In this document: positions 1 through 10,658 of the stretch, one piece after another
Layout: each line of letters starts with the position of its first letter
Position numbering within the stretch: the first letter of the stretch is position 1
Assembly: GCA_031290835.1 (NCBI GenBank)
Contig: JAISLN010000302.1
Span: forward strand, 1 to 45,409
Reading direction: 5' to 3'
DNA: 45,409 nt
From: Prevotellaceae bacterium
GTDB lineage: Bacteria; Bacteroidota; Bacteroidia; Bacteroidales; UBA932
Notes under the pieces: generated by a model
What the model was told of the DNA's origin: nothing
Databases searched by the model: none
Seen by the model: the letters and a program-made list of their open reading frames with translations, nothing else
Translations under genes and position numbers: made by a program

Positions 1-615
1 TGGTGTACGGCGTCGCCCGCCACCGGCACAGCCAACGGCACGGTTACCGTAGATGTAACGGAAAACGCCACCACAGAAACCCGCACCGCTACGGTTACTA
101 TTGCTGCCGGCTCAATAGCACACATCATTAATGTTTCGCAGGCGGTGCCGCCGCCCACTCATGCCGCCAGCACCCAGACATGGACGTTCGGCAACCAAAC
201 ATGGAGCGACGCTATTCAAATCCCCAGCTGTAACCAAACCACTTTCGTGGGCAATTTCATTGGGCCGCAGTGCCGCAGCTATACCTCGGGAATAAACACG
301 TGGTACTACTACAATTGGAAATACGTGGACGACAATAAATCGACACTATGCCCCTCGCCGTGGCATGTGCCCAATCAAGGCGATATTGCAGCCCTCGTAG
401 CTAATACCGACTCTGATTTGCTCCACACGTGGGGCTATGGCGGCCACGCTACCGGCAATTCCATGTTCGGCGAGAGCACGCAAGCCTACTACTGGACGCT
501 TAGTACATACGGGCCTGACGCCAGTCAGGCGTACATAGGTGCGTATGAGAATGGTAGCATGTACCAGAGCAACATCTCCAAGGACCTCGGGCTGCAGGTA
601 CGGTGCGTTAAGTAG
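1..615 (+). CDS. 3' part of a secreted BACON-domain plus FISUMP-domain (Fibrobacter succinogenes major paralogous domain-like) protein; the 5' end lies outside the window
   Basis: Frame 1 is open from base 1. It reads WCTASPATGTANGTVTVDVTENATTETRTATVTIAAGSIAHIINVSQ, a BACON-like pattern, and runs into listed ORF 145..615. The C-terminal LCPSPWHVPNQGD ... YYW ... GLQVRCVK matches the FISUMP signature. Confidence 0.7.
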   Translation, partial: WCTASPATGTANGTVTVDVTENATTETRTATVTIAAGSIAHIINVSQAVPPPTHAASTQTWTFGNQTWSDAIQIPSCNQTTFVGNFIGPQCRSYTSGINTWYYYNWKYVDDNKSTLCPSPWHVPNQGDIAALVANTDSDLLHTWGYGGHATGNSMFGESTQAYYWTLSTYGPDASQAYIGAYENGSMYQSNISKDLGLQVRCVK

Positions 616-685
616 AATGTGTAGGATATGATAGCTCGCCGGGGCATACTATTCCCCTTGCAGCCAAGCACGAGGCAGAGTGCAT

Positions 686-730
686 ATACCCAAAAAGAAC
701 GAAGCGGCAGGCTTCGTTCTTTTTGGGTAT
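686..730. terminator. Bidirectional rho-independent terminator between convergent genes
   Basis: ATACCCAAAAAGAACGAAGC (686-705) and GCTTCGTTCTTTTTGGGTAT (711-730) are perfect 20-nt reverse complements around a 5-nt loop. A/T runs on both sides give a U-tail on either strand. Confidence 0.8.
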
Positions 731-748
731 ATGCCGAACCGATTTTTT

Positions 749-3061
749 TTACAGCACCGTAAACAGCACTTTTTCCCTTATATCACCCGACGAGGCGCCT
801 ATTTGCAGCTCAAAGTCGCCGGGTTCTACCACGCGCTTGTTTTCTAAGTTGACAAACGCGAGGTCGTTGAGCGTGAGCCGAAATGTTACGGTCTTGGTTT
901 CGCCCGGGCTCAGGGCAATTTTTTCAAAGCGCCGTAGCCGCCGCACATCAGGGATGAGCGAGGCGTAGAGGTCGCTTGAGTAGAGCTGCACTACCTCTTT
1001 TCCCTCGCGGGCGCCGGTGTTTTTCACGTCAACCGAAATCACCACTTCCTCGTCGGAGCCAAGCGGCAGCTGCGTTTTGCTGATTTCTATGCCGGAATAC
1101 TCAAACGTGGTGTAGCTCAAACCGAAGCCAAAGGGGTATTCGGGGTTGAAGTCGCCCTCGTAGGTGTAAGCGCCGGCGCTTTTTTTCTGCTCCTCGCTGT
1201 GCTTGTGGTAGTAGGGCGCCAAAGAGTTGGGGAAGGCCGGATAGGTGTACGGCAACCTGCCCGACGGGTTTACCTTTCCGGCGAGGACGTCGGCAAGCGC
1301 TGTGGCTCCGTACATGCCGGGAAGGTAAGCTTGCACGATAGCATCCACCTTTGACGAAAATTTGGAGATCACGCGCGGACGACCTTCGCACAGCACTACG
1401 ACTATCTTTTTCCCCGTTGCCAGCATTTCCTGTGCCAGCTCGGTTTGCAGGTCGTTCAGGTAGAGGTCGTGCAGGTCGCCGGGCTTTTCGCAGTACGAAT
1501 TTTCGCCCAAGCACAAAATGACGTAGTCGGCCTTTTTTGCCGCTGCTACGGCTTCACCAAATCTATCCCTGTGCTCGGTGGCGTATTCGGTAGCGCTGGT
1601 GTAGCTTACGCCCGGCACGTAGGCTACGTTTTCTTTGCCAAAGCTTTGCTGTATGGCTTCGAGCAGGGTGAGGCAGTCGTCGCCAAATTCATCTACCTTT
1701 TCGCCCTGCCACGAGAACGTCCATCCGCCGTTGAGCGCCCGCTTGCTGACGGCGTTGGGGCCGGCCACCAAAATCTTTGCGCCTTTTTTCAGCGGCAAAA
1801 TGTTGCTGTCGTTTTTTAGCAAGGTGATAGCGTCGGCGGCAGCTTCGTAGGCGGCCTCCTCAAAGGCTTTGGCGTGAAACTCCGGGTAGTCGCTCCGCAG
1901 CGTGTTGGGCGTACCGAACAAGTTTAGCTTCAGCTTCAGCGCCACTATGCGCGTTGCGGCGTCGTTGATGCGCGAGAGCGGCACGTCGCCCTCGTTTACC
2001 AGCTCCCGGAGCAAGGTGCAGAACTCCTTGTAGCCGTAAGGTATCATCGACATATCAATGCCGGCGTTGATGCTCGCCTTGATGGCCTCCTTTACGGAGG
2101 TCGCCATTTTTTCGCGGCGGTGGAGGTTGTTTACGTCCTCCCAATCGGTTACTACCATTCCCTTGAAGCCCATTTGCTCGCGCAGCAGGCGGGTGAGCAG
2201 CTCGTAGCTGGCATGCACAGGCTGGTTATTGACGCTACCCGAGTTTACCATCACGGTTTGCACGCCCGCGTCGATAGCGGCCTGAAAGGGTGGCGCGTGA
2301 TATTCGAGCAGCGCGTGCGCAGGAATGTAGGCGGGGGTGCGGTCTTTTCCGCTTACCGGCACAGAGTAGCCGATGAAGTGCTTCATGCAGGCGGCCACCT
2401 TTGTGGGGTTGCCCACGCTATTATCGTCGCCCTCGTAGCCCTTTACCAGCTGGTAGGCAAAAACAGACGACAAATAGGGGTCTTCGCCGAAATTTTCGTA
2501 CTGCCGCGGCCAGCGCGGGTCGCTGCCCAAATCGAGCACCGGCGCAAAGTTCCATGGCACGTTGGCGGCGCGAGTTTCGTAGGCCGCTATTTCGCCCATT
2601 CGCTTGGCGTGCGCAGGATTCCACGTAGCGGCTATGCCAATTTCTTGCGGGAATATGGTGGAGCCTGCCACGTATGTGGCGCCGTGTATTTCGTCCAGCC
2701 CATACAGTATGGGTATTTTAAGGCGCGTTTCTTTCGTTGCCACCTCCTGCATTTGGGCAATAGCGTTGTTCCACCATTCGGTAGTTCGCGCACGGGTGTT
2801 GGGCGAGTTGAGGATGGACCCAACGTTGTAGTTCACCACTGCGTCGCGCAGCTTATCCATATCCAGCTGTAGGGTGCTGGTGGGGGGCGTGTCCTCGCCC
2901 GTGCACAGCAAATCAATGCTTATTTGCGCCATTTGCCCTATCTTTTCCTCTAGGGTCATTTGCGCCACCAAGTCGGCGGCTTGCCTATCAACGCTGCTCT
3001 GTGGCTGCGATGCACAGCCGGAGAGCGCTGCGGTTGCTACAGCAAAAAATGTTTTTTTCAT
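749..3061 (-). CDS. GH3 beta-glucosidase, lipoprotein (770 aa counted from the internal Met)
   Basis: C-terminal 770 aa of listed ORF 749..4261. It starts with the lipoprotein signal MKKTFFAVATAALSGC. GH3 motifs present: EEKIGQM, GLDEIHG, KHFIGYS, VVTDWEDV (nucleophile Asp) and an Fn3-like tail (FGFGLSYTTF, KNTG..GKEVVQLY). Confidence 0.85.
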   Translation of the reverse strand: MKKTFFAVATAALSGCASQPQSSVDRQAADLVAQMTLEEKIGQMAQISIDLLCTGEDTPPTSTLQLDMDKLRDAVVNYNVGSILNSPNTRARTTEWWNNAIAQMQEVATKETRLKIPILYGLDEIHGATYVAGSTIFPQEIGIAATWNPAHAKRMGEIAAYETRAANVPWNFAPVLDLGSDPRWPRQYENFGEDPYLSSVFAYQLVKGYEGDDNSVGNPTKVAACMKHFIGYSVPVSGKDRTPAYIPAHALLEYHAPPFQAAIDAGVQTVMVNSGSVNNQPVHASYELLTRLLREQMGFKGMVVTDWEDVNNLHRREKMATSVKEAIKASINAGIDMSMIPYGYKEFCTLLRELVNEGDVPLSRINDAATRIVALKLKLNLFGTPNTLRSDYPEFHAKAFEEAAYEAAADAITLLKNDSNILPLKKGAKILVAGPNAVSKRALNGGWTFSWQGEKVDEFGDDCLTLLEAIQQSFGKENVAYVPGVSYTSATEYATEHRDRFGEAVAAAKKADYVILCLGENSYCEKPGDLHDLYLNDLQTELAQEMLATGKKIVVVLCEGRPRVISKFSSKVDAIVQAYLPGMYGATALADVLAGKVNPSGRLPYTYPAFPNSLAPYYHKHSEEQKKSAGAYTYEGDFNPEYPFGFGLSYTTFEYSGIEISKTQLPLGSDEEVVISVDVKNTGAREGKEVVQLYSSDLYASLIPDVRRLRRFEKIALSPGETKTVTFRLTLNDLAFVNLENKRVVEPGDFELQIGASSGDIREKVLFTVL

Positions 3062-4228
3062 AACCGGTAAATTTTTAAAGTGTTCTATAATTTCCATACA
3101 CATGCGGCCGTTGTGGTACGGGCACTTCCATAGCCCGGCCTTGTCGTTGGTATGGTTGATGCTGCCGTTGGCTTTGCGGCTCCAATGCCACTCGCCGCCC
3201 TCCCTGTCAATAATGTTGCTCTGAATATAGCGCCATGCTCTGGCAGCTTTTTCTGCGTAGGCGCTGTTGCCGGAAATTTTGCAGGCATACAAAAAGCCGA
3301 GCACTGTTTCGGCCTGCACCCACCAGTGGCGGTCGCCGTCGGTGTGGTTTCCCTCTTGCTCGTATATCATGCTGCCGTCGGGTTGCAGCCCTTCTGCGGC
3401 GGCGTTGGCTATTTGCAGCGAAATCGGCTTTAGCTGCTCCCTCAGCACGGGGTCGCCCAAAACCTCCGCCGCTTCCCACAGCAGCCACGACGCCTCAATA
3501 TCGTGCCCGTAGGATATTCCGGACGACTTGATGTTCCATGCTTCGTCGAAAAACAAGCTGAGGTGTCCGGATTTGTTCAGTATTTTGTCCGTGAACACCG
3601 CTATTAGGTTTCGCTGCGCTTCGTGCAGCTGGGGGTTGCTCCACACGCGGCACAGGTTGGTGTAAGGTTCGAGGATGTGCAGGTGGGTGTTCATGGATTT
3701 TTTTTCGTTGGCGTCCTTGCTGCTCAGGCGCACGTCGTCAATGACGCTCCACTCGCGGGTATAAGCTTCGAGGTAGCCTCCCGACTTGCTGTCGCGGCGC
3801 TTTTCTATCAGGTAAAAAAAATCTTTGGCCAGCTCCAGCGCCTTTGCGCTTCCGGTAGCGCGGTAAAACTCCGAAAAGCCGTACAAGGCAAATCCCTGCG
3901 CGTACATTTGCTTTTTGGCGTTCACCGGTCGCCCCCGGTAGTCCAGCTCCCAGTACACGCCGCCAAATTCCGTATCTATGAAGCTGCCGGCTATGTAATC
4001 GAAGGCGCGCTGCGCGGCGACCCTATATTCGGGCTTTTGCAGCAGGCGGTATGCCGCCGAAAACGTCCACAGAATGCGGGCGTTGAGCACAGCGCCTTTG
4101 TTGGCGCGCGGATGCAGCGTACCGTTGCCGTCAATACGGCCGTAAAAGCCGCCGTGCTCGGCATCCTGCATACGGCTGAGCCAAAAGGAAAGGATGTTAC
4201 CTTCCAATTCTTTTTCAAAAGTTGACAT
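3062..4228 (-). CDS. Cellobiose/mannobiose 2-epimerase (N-acylglucosamine 2-epimerase superfamily). It has no stop codon and is in frame with the downstream GH3.
   Basis: 389 aa from MSTFEKELEGN; this ATG lies 1 nt after the symporter stop. AGE/CE motifs: NARILWTF, HLHILEP, GHDIEASWLL, WWVQAE, CPYHNGRMC. The length equals that of typical CEs. The last codons ..HFKNLPV run directly into ATG AAA AAA of the GH3. Confidence 0.85.
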
Positions 4229-4229
4229 T

Positions 4230-5642
4230 TTATGATTGATTCCGTAGCTGTTCCAGCTCATTTGTAATTTCTCTTACACGTTTTTCCGAAAGCGGATAAA
4301 ACATCATGCCCAGCACTGCGAGTAGGCAGCTGATGGCCGGGAGCCAGCTCAGCATGAGGCGAACGCCAAAGATGGCGGTATCGGATTGCACGGCGGACAT
4401 TTGGTCGTAGCCAAACCACGCCAGCATCCATCCGCTCAGGGCAGCGCCAAACGCCCAACCCATTTTTTGCGACATGGACGACGACGAAAATATCAAGCCT
4501 GTGGCGCGACGCTTAGTTTTCAGCTCCTGGTGATCTACAATATCGGCATACATGCTCCACAGCAGCGGCAGCACGTAGCCGGCGCAAATGGAGATGAGGA
4601 TTTGCAGCGCCATAATCCACGCAATTTGGTCTGGCGCGAGGAAAAAGAAGAAGACGCTCAGCACGGCGGCAGCGCTCATAGCTATCATGTACGTTTTTTT
4701 CTTGCCGTATTTGTTTGATAGGGGCGCTGCGAGGGCTACGCCAATCATGTTGGCGGCCTGCCCCACCAGCAGGTAAACGGTCGCAATCGTCCAGCCCAGC
4801 ACGGGCGTCTTGTAGCTGATATGGATGTAGTCGGCAAAGTAGAAGAGCGCCACGCTGTCGCGAATGGCGTTGAAGAGCAGCGCGGCAAGCCCTGACCCCA
4901 TGAGAATCCACCAGGGAGCGTTGCGGGCGAGGTTGCGCAGGTCTTGCTTGACGGAGGTGTTTTCGTTTTCATTCACCGGCTTCACCCGCTCGCGCGTAAA
5001 TTTAAAGCACAGGAAGAACAGCAGCGCACAGATAGCGCCTATCACCGCCACGGCGCACACCCAGCCCTCCGGCGAACGGCTGATGCTTGTGGCGTCGGCA
5101 ACGACGCCCGCGCCCGCATCAAACAGCCCTGCAAAAAAATCAACCAGCGGCTGTAGCAGCATAAACGTGATGAAGCTCCCGATGAACGCAAAGAACATTC
5201 GGTACGACGAAAGAATGTTGCGCTCCTTTGGGTGCGGCGACATCACGCCCAGCAGCGAGGCGTAGGGCACGTTCACCGCCGTGTACACCATCATCATCAG
5301 CGTGTAGGTGATGTAGGCGTAGGCCAGCCGCCCGTTTTCGCCCAAGTCGGGCGTGTAGAACGTTATCACGCCTATCACCGCAAACGGCACGGCAAACCAC
5401 AGCAAGTAGGGGCGATACTTGCCCCAGCGCGAGCGGGTGCGATCGGCTATGATGCCCATGAGCGGGTCGTTCACGGCATCCCAGATGCGCGTGAGCAAAA
5501 ACATTGTGCCGGCAGCTGCCGGCGAAATACCAAAGACTTTGGTGTAGAAAAACAGCAAGTACATGCCGAATATTTTCCAGAACATGGACGAGGCCATGTC
5601 GCCGAAGCCGTAACCGATTTTGTCTTTAAGGGAGATGGACAT
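4230..5642 (-). CDS. Glycoside-pentoside-hexuronide (GPH/MelB-type) cation symporter, likely a manno-oligosaccharide importer
   Basis: 470 aa, polytopic. The N-terminal KIGYGFGDMASSMFW...RIWDAVNDPLMGIIADRTRSRWGKYRPYLLW is the GPH signature. It sits between GH130 and the epimerase, as in known mannan operons. Confidence 0.9.
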   Translation of the reverse strand: MSISLKDKIGYGFGDMASSMFWKIFGMYLLFFYTKVFGISPAAAGTMFLLTRIWDAVNDPLMGIIADRTRSRWGKYRPYLLWFAVPFAVIGVITFYTPDLGENGRLAYAYITYTLMMMVYTAVNVPYASLLGVMSPHPKERNILSSYRMFFAFIGSFITFMLLQPLVDFFAGLFDAGAGVVADATSISRSPEGWVCAVAVIGAICALLFFLCFKFTRERVKPVNENENTSVKQDLRNLARNAPWWILMGSGLAALLFNAIRDSVALFYFADYIHISYKTPVLGWTIATVYLLVGQAANMIGVALAAPLSNKYGKKKTYMIAMSAAAVLSVFFFFLAPDQIAWIMALQILISICAGYVLPLLWSMYADIVDHQELKTKRRATGLIFSSSSMSQKMGWAFGAALSGWMLAWFGYDQMSAVQSDTAIFGVRLMLSWLPAISCLLAVLGMMFYPLSEKRVREITNELEQLRNQS

Positions 5643-5769
5643 AGGAAATAAATGTTAAGAGTTGTTATTGCTCGTCAGCTAATTGCAGCGTTGTGGCTAC
5701 AAGAGCAGGGCTTAACCATGAACCTTGCGGCGCTATTTCTTCTATTAGCCCCTGCGCTTTTGCCTTTAA

Positions 5770-6963
5770 TCACTTAATCTCTTCATACTGCTTGTTTCTC
5801 CCAATTAACTCCGTCAGCGTAGCGACGGAGGCGGCGGAGCGGTAGCCGTCGGGGGCGGTGTGCAGGCAGTAGTCCAGCAGGCGGTCGATGGACGAAACGG
5901 CGACATGCATGCGCGTGTCGCTGGAGGCGTAGTAGAGGTACACCGTGCCGTCGTCGTCGGCAATCCAGCCGTTGGAAAACACCACGTTCGACACATCGCC
6001 CAAGCGCTCGCCGTCGATGGGCGCAATGAGGTGGCCGGCCGGCTCGGCAAGTAACTTTTCGGGATGCTCCAGCTCCGTCAGGTAGAGGTACAACACGTAC
6101 CGTAACCCCGCCGCGCAGCCGCGCACGCCGTGCGCCAGATGCAGCCACCCTTTGGGCGTTTTGATGGGCGGCGGCCCCTCGCCGTTCTTCACTTCTTTTA
6201 TGGTATGGTAATAGCGGGAGTTGATAATGGTTTCCTCCTTCACTTCGGCGCGGGTAACGTCGTCGATAAGCGCCCAGCCGATGCCGCCGCCGCTTCCGGC
6301 ATCAATAAAGCCGTCCTGCGGGCGGGTGTAGAGGGCGTATTGGCCGCGCACAAATTCGGGATGCAGCACCACGTTGCGCTGCTGGCTTTTGGACTTCAGG
6401 TCGGGCAGGCGTTCCCACGTGAGCAAATCTTTGGTACGCGCAATCCCTGCCGCCGCCACGGCCGACGAAAGGTCGCCGGCAGGCGCACGGGGGTCTTTGC
6501 GCTCCGCGCAGAAAACGCCGTAAATCCAGCCGTCCTCGTGGGCGGTGAGGCGCATGTCGTAGATATTGGTCGCCGGGTCGTCCGTTTCGGGCATTGCGAT
6601 GGGGCAGTCCCAAAAGCGGAAGCTGTCGATACCGTTCGGGCTTTCGGCTACGGCGAAGAACGATTTGCGGTCGCTGCCTTCCACGCGGGCTACCAGCAGG
6701 TATTTCCCCTCCCATTTGATGGCGCCGGCATTGAACGTGCCGCCGATACCGAAGCGCTCCATGAAGTAGGGGTTGGTGGCGGGATTCAAATCGTAGCGCC
6801 AAAAAATGGGCGTATGCTCCCGCGTCAGCACAGGGTTTTCGTAGCGCTCAAAAATACCGTTGCCCGGTAGCACAGGCCTATTCTTTCGCTTAACCAGCTG
6901 TTCGTATGCTTCGCTTACTGCGGTCTGCCGCTGCCTAAATAAATTCATTATGGATTCTTTCAT
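5770..6963 (-). CDS. GH130 4-O-beta-D-mannosyl-D-glucose / beta-1,4-mannooligosaccharide phosphorylase (cytoplasmic)
   Basis: 397 aa with no signal peptide. The motifs [30 protein letters not shown] and [14 protein letters not shown] are typical of GH130_1/2. Confidence 0.9.
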   Translation of the reverse strand: MKESIMNLFRQRQTAVSEAYEQLVKRKNRPVLPGNGIFERYENPVLTREHTPIFWRYDLNPATNPYFMERFGIGGTFNAGAIKWEGKYLLVARVEGSDRKSFFAVAESPNGIDSFRFWDCPIAMPETDDPATNIYDMRLTAHEDGWIYGVFCAERKDPRAPAGDLSSAVAAAGIARTKDLLTWERLPDLKSKSQQRNVVLHPEFVRGQYALYTRPQDGFIDAGSGGGIGWALIDDVTRAEVKEETIINSRYYHTIKEVKNGEGPPPIKTPKGWLHLAHGVRGCAAGLRYVLYLYLTELEHPEKLLAEPAGHLIAPIDGERLGDVSNVVFSNGWIADDDGTVYLYYASSDTRMHVAVSSIDRLLDYCLHTAPDGYRSAASVATLTELIGRNKQYEEIK

Positions 6964-6974
6964 TAGGTAAATAA

Positions 6975-9311
6975 TTATTTCTTCAAAATCTTAATCTCCG
7001 TATGCGGCTTTAGCACATTGTGCACCTTTGTTTGCAATTGCTGCGCCACGTTTATCCGCAAGGTGTTTTTTATATCCGTCGAAGAGGCGCCAAGGAGTAG
7101 CTTGTATTCGCCGGCAACGGCTACCCATGCGCTGGCGGCTTCGTCAAACGAGGCCAAATCTGCTACGCTCACCTTTAATGCGATGTTTTCGCTTTCGCCC
7201 GGCTGCAATGCTTTGGTTTTGGCAAAGGCTTTTAGCTCCTTTGAGAGGCGGGCGTTTGGTGCGCTTACGTATAGCTGCACTACTTCTTTGGCAGCCGTTT
7301 TTCCGGTGTTTTTTACCGTTAGGCTCACGAGGTAATCGTTTCCGCTCTGCTGCACTTTCGGTTGAGCATACTCAAAGGTGGCGTAAGACAGCCCGTAGCC
7401 AAAAGGATAGGACGTGGCTTTGCCGAAAGCGTCGAAATAGCGGTAGCCCACATATACGTCTTCTTCATAAAGCGTATAATCTACGTTGCGCACCGGTTCT
7501 TTCTCTTCTCCCGACGCGGGTTTCACGCTCATAAAGCTGGTAGGGCCTGGCGGCGGAGCGTCGAAGGGGAAATTCGACGACGACGGAATATCCATATAGC
7601 TTATGGGGAAAGTCATGGGGAGCTTGCCGGAGGGGCTGGCTTTGCCGCTAAGGATGTCGGCAACGGAATTGCCGCCCTCCTGTCCGGGTTGCCATGCAAG
7701 TAGAATAGCGTCGGGCTGCTCCTTCCACGAAGCGGTTTCAATCACGCCGCCGATGTTCAGGATTACAACGACCTTTTTGCCGGCGGCATGAAAAGCTTTG
7801 CAGATGTTCGCTATCAGCTGCTGCTCAACTTCCGACAGCTCAAAATCATTGGGCAATTTGCGATCTGCAAACTCGCCGGAGTTGCGCCCGATGGTCAATA
7901 AGGCAACGCTTGCTTCGGCGGCGGCTTTTTCCAGCACGGCGGGCTCCGGCAAAAATTCACTCGGACGGATACGGAAAAATCTTGCCCATGGATTGTTTGG
8001 GTCAGGCTTATTACGTTCGTTTTCGGCGGCAATGTGGCTGTCGTAGAGCTCCTGCACGCCTCTGTTGTTGACAAAGCCGGCTCCGGTCAGCCCTTCGCCC
8101 AACGAAATGGTGTAGGCTTCGTTCACATCGCCGCTGCCCGTGCCGCCCGCAATAAAGTCGTAGGAAGTAATGCCGAATACGGCAATGTTTTTATTCGTCA
8201 GCGGCAAAACGTTTCCGCTGTTTTTGAGCAATACCATTCCTTCGGTAGCCGATGCGCGGGTAAGCTCCGCATGGGCTTTCAAATCGGGTCTGTTGGAAAA
8301 CTTGTAGCCTCTGAAGCGCGGCGATTTTAGCACTAGCTCCAGAATCCGGCGGACGTCGGTATCCACGTCTTTTTCGCTGAGCTGCCCTATTCTCACGGCT
8401 TCGAGGATAGCGTCGCGCTGCGCCAGCGCGCCGGGCATGAGCAAATCGTTGCCGGCATGAATTTGCAGGGGCGGGTCAACGCCGCCGTTCCAGTCGGTCA
8501 TTACCGTGCCTGCAAAGCCCCACTCGTCGCGGAGAATGTCGGTAAGCAGCTCGCGGCTTTCGGAAGTATATACGCCGTTGATTTTGTTGTACGACGTCAT
8601 CACCGTCCACGGTTGGGATTCGCGCACGGCGATTTCAAAACCTTTCAAGTAAAGTTCGCGCAAGGCTCGCTGCGTAATGCGCACATCGTTGGCGCCCCGG
8701 CTTGTTTCCTGGCTGTTGGCGGCAAAGTGCTTGATGGATGTACCTACGCCTTTGGACTGCACGCCGCGCACCATTGCCGCCGTAATTTTGCCCACTAATA
8801 GCGGGTCTTCGGAATAATACTCAAAATTGCGACCGCATAATGGGTTGCGGTGCAGGTTCAGCGCGGGAGCCAGCAGCACGTCCACGCCATAGTCCAGCAC
8901 TTCGGCGCCGATGGCCTTCCCTATATTTTCTATCAGCTCGGTATTCCACGAGGAGGCCAACAGGGTAGCCACCGGAAAAGCCGTGCAGTAAAACGTTTCG
9001 TCCGTTCCTTCGCGTATCGGTGAAATACGCAGCCCTGCGGGGCCGTCGGCCAATACGACAGGCGGAATACCCAAACGCGGAATTGGCTGGGTGGTTCCGG
9101 CCGCACCGGGTACCAAGCTCATGGACTTGCCAACCTCAGCGCTAAACCCCTCCCCTACGCGCCGCTCGGCGCCTACCAGCAAATCTACTTTTTCTTCGAC
9201 CGTCATCGCCTTGATAACGTCGTCTATGGACGCCACGCCCAGCTGCGGATCGGCGGCAAAACCGGAAGTAGCTGCTCCCATTGCCAATAATATTGCTAAT
9301 GTTCTTTTCAT
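6975..9311 (-). CDS. GH3 beta-glucosidase (secreted)
   Basis: 778 aa. Signal peptide [19 protein letters not shown]. Motifs: [25 protein letters not shown], and a C-terminal Fn3-like domain ([27 protein letters not shown]). Confidence 0.9.
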   Translation of the reverse strand: MKRTLAILLAMGAATSGFAADPQLGVASIDDVIKAMTVEEKVDLLVGAERRVGEGFSAEVGKSMSLVPGAAGTTQPIPRLGIPPVVLADGPAGLRISPIREGTDETFYCTAFPVATLLASSWNTELIENIGKAIGAEVLDYGVDVLLAPALNLHRNPLCGRNFEYYSEDPLLVGKITAAMVRGVQSKGVGTSIKHFAANSQETSRGANDVRITQRALRELYLKGFEIAVRESQPWTVMTSYNKINGVYTSESRELLTDILRDEWGFAGTVMTDWNGGVDPPLQIHAGNDLLMPGALAQRDAILEAVRIGQLSEKDVDTDVRRILELVLKSPRFRGYKFSNRPDLKAHAELTRASATEGMVLLKNSGNVLPLTNKNIAVFGITSYDFIAGGTGSGDVNEAYTISLGEGLTGAGFVNNRGVQELYDSHIAAENERNKPDPNNPWARFFRIRPSEFLPEPAVLEKAAAEASVALLTIGRNSGEFADRKLPNDFELSEVEQQLIANICKAFHAAGKKVVVILNIGGVIETASWKEQPDAILLAWQPGQEGGNSVADILSGKASPSGKLPMTFPISYMDIPSSSNFPFDAPPPGPTSFMSVKPASGEEKEPVRNVDYTLYEEDVYVGYRYFDAFGKATSYPFGYGLSYATFEYAQPKVQQSGNDYLVSLTVKNTGKTAAKEVVQLYVSAPNARLSKELKAFAKTKALQPGESENIALKVSVADLASFDEAASAWVAVAGEYKLLLGASSTDIKNTLRINVAQQLQTKVHNVLKPHTEIKILKK

Positions 9312-9365
9312 GTTTTTTTATTTATTGTTGTACAACTGCGTTTTAAATTGAGATGTTAGGTTAAT

Positions 9366-10525
9366 TTAATTGACAAATACTGAAACAAAGCTCACGGCAG
9401 GAAAATTGACTTCTATGCCATTATTTGCTATTTTATAGCTTTTCACTTCCTCCATACCCTGCCGGCTGTTTGTTACGTAAACCGTCACTTTTGTATTTTT
9501 TGTAACCGGCAACCCCTTGATGACCGACAAACGGGCTGCCCCGTTATTGACGGCATGCACCACGTATCGCTTTTGCGCTATATTGCCAAAAGCTGCCGGA
9601 TTGACGTCGCTGCGCGAGCTGGTAAACGGCATGGCAAACGCATGTTCGGGCGTAGCTTCAAGTTCCAAAATCGCTGCGTTGGCCGAAGCAGACCGGTGGA
9701 GCTATATATCCCGTCTCCCCAGAGAATAGAGTAGTCTGAGGTGAGCTGCCGCTGCAAAATAGGCTGCGGCTGACAGATGGCCGCTATGCGCGTATATAGA
9801 TTGATATCGTATAGCGCAAACGTTGCTTCGGCAAAAATCTGCGAATAGCGGTGGGCGGCGGCGTCCGTACTTCCCTCTCCGATAATAAGCGGAACATTGA
9901 TTTGGCGGGCAGCCCATGCCCAATTGTTCAGGGTATGGTCGTCGCATCCGCGCCATGAATGAAACGAAACGGCATAAATATACGGATAGGTGGCGGGGTC
10001 ATTCAGCGCAGGAAGGATAAAATCGAACGTGGTAGCATCCGAATTGTCGCCAAGCAGCAGCTTGGTCGATAACCCGCGCGAGGCGAAGTATGCGCCTAAG
10101 GTTTTAATCAGGTAGGCATGCTGTGCGGGCGTATGATATACGTCAATACCTATATCGGATTCGTTGAACGAAAAGGCTGTTGCCTCCACGCCGTATATGG
10201 TCTTCAGCGCCACCAAATAATCGGCTATGCCTTTACCTTTTTCGGTCGCTGTTTGCGTAAAGCGAATCCCGCTAATGGCCGTTGCAACCGTTTGGGATTT
10301 GCCATCGCGCGTGTACATTGGGTTTTGGCGCTCTTTTCCGGTAAATGCCGTTTTTGCTCCATCTTTGCCGGCAACAGCCAGGGACGATTCAAAATCAATC
10401 AGCTGTCCGTCTATACGGATACCGATTATATTGCCCCAAGCCATCACCTCGGGCTGCGCCAGCAACGGCGATGAGCACGTGACCCAAAGGGCAACGAGCG
10501 CTAAAATTATTTTTTTTCGCATCAT
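9366..10525 (-). pseudogene. Clan GH-A type glycoside hydrolase (GH30-like, TIM barrel plus C-terminal beta-sandwich) disrupted by a frameshift near 9655-9672
   Basis: Two overlapping ORFs (9578..10588 and 9366..9668) lie in different frames of the same strand. The first carries a signal peptide (MMRKKIILALVALWVTCSS) plus FNESDIG and IIGEGSTD (candidate catalytic Glu residues), and ends ..PTQRFWNL followed by nonsense. The second continues ..EATPEHAFAMPFTSS...YVVHAVNNG...VTVYVTNS..VSFVSVF, like a GH30 side domain. The family assignment is tentative. Confidence 0.55.
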
Positions 10526-10658
10526 TATAATATCGCAGCTCCCTCCCCCGTGTTGAGAACGCTCCGCGCCGTACACGGGGTTCTGCAAATGGTTTCCCTG
10601 CGGGAAACGGACGCCAATAGCTCACCATTCATAATCCATCTTTTTTTACTCTCGACCT

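Noticed and set aside
5643-5769. Possible hairpin or attenuator in the 127-nt GH130-symporter gap (AGCAGGGCTTAA ... TTAGCCCCTGC).
   Set aside because: The stem is interrupted and encloses a loop of about 32 nt, with no adjacent U-run. That is too weak to call.
10526-10588. The listed upstream extension of the GH30-like ORF (MQNPVYGAERSQHGGGSCDII), and similarly 4229-4261 for the epimerase, 25684-25719 for the NTF2-like gene and 33685-33711 for SusD.
   Set aside because: Downstream ATGs give proper signal peptides or abut the preceding stop codon. The extensions use alternative start codons or overlap upstream genes.
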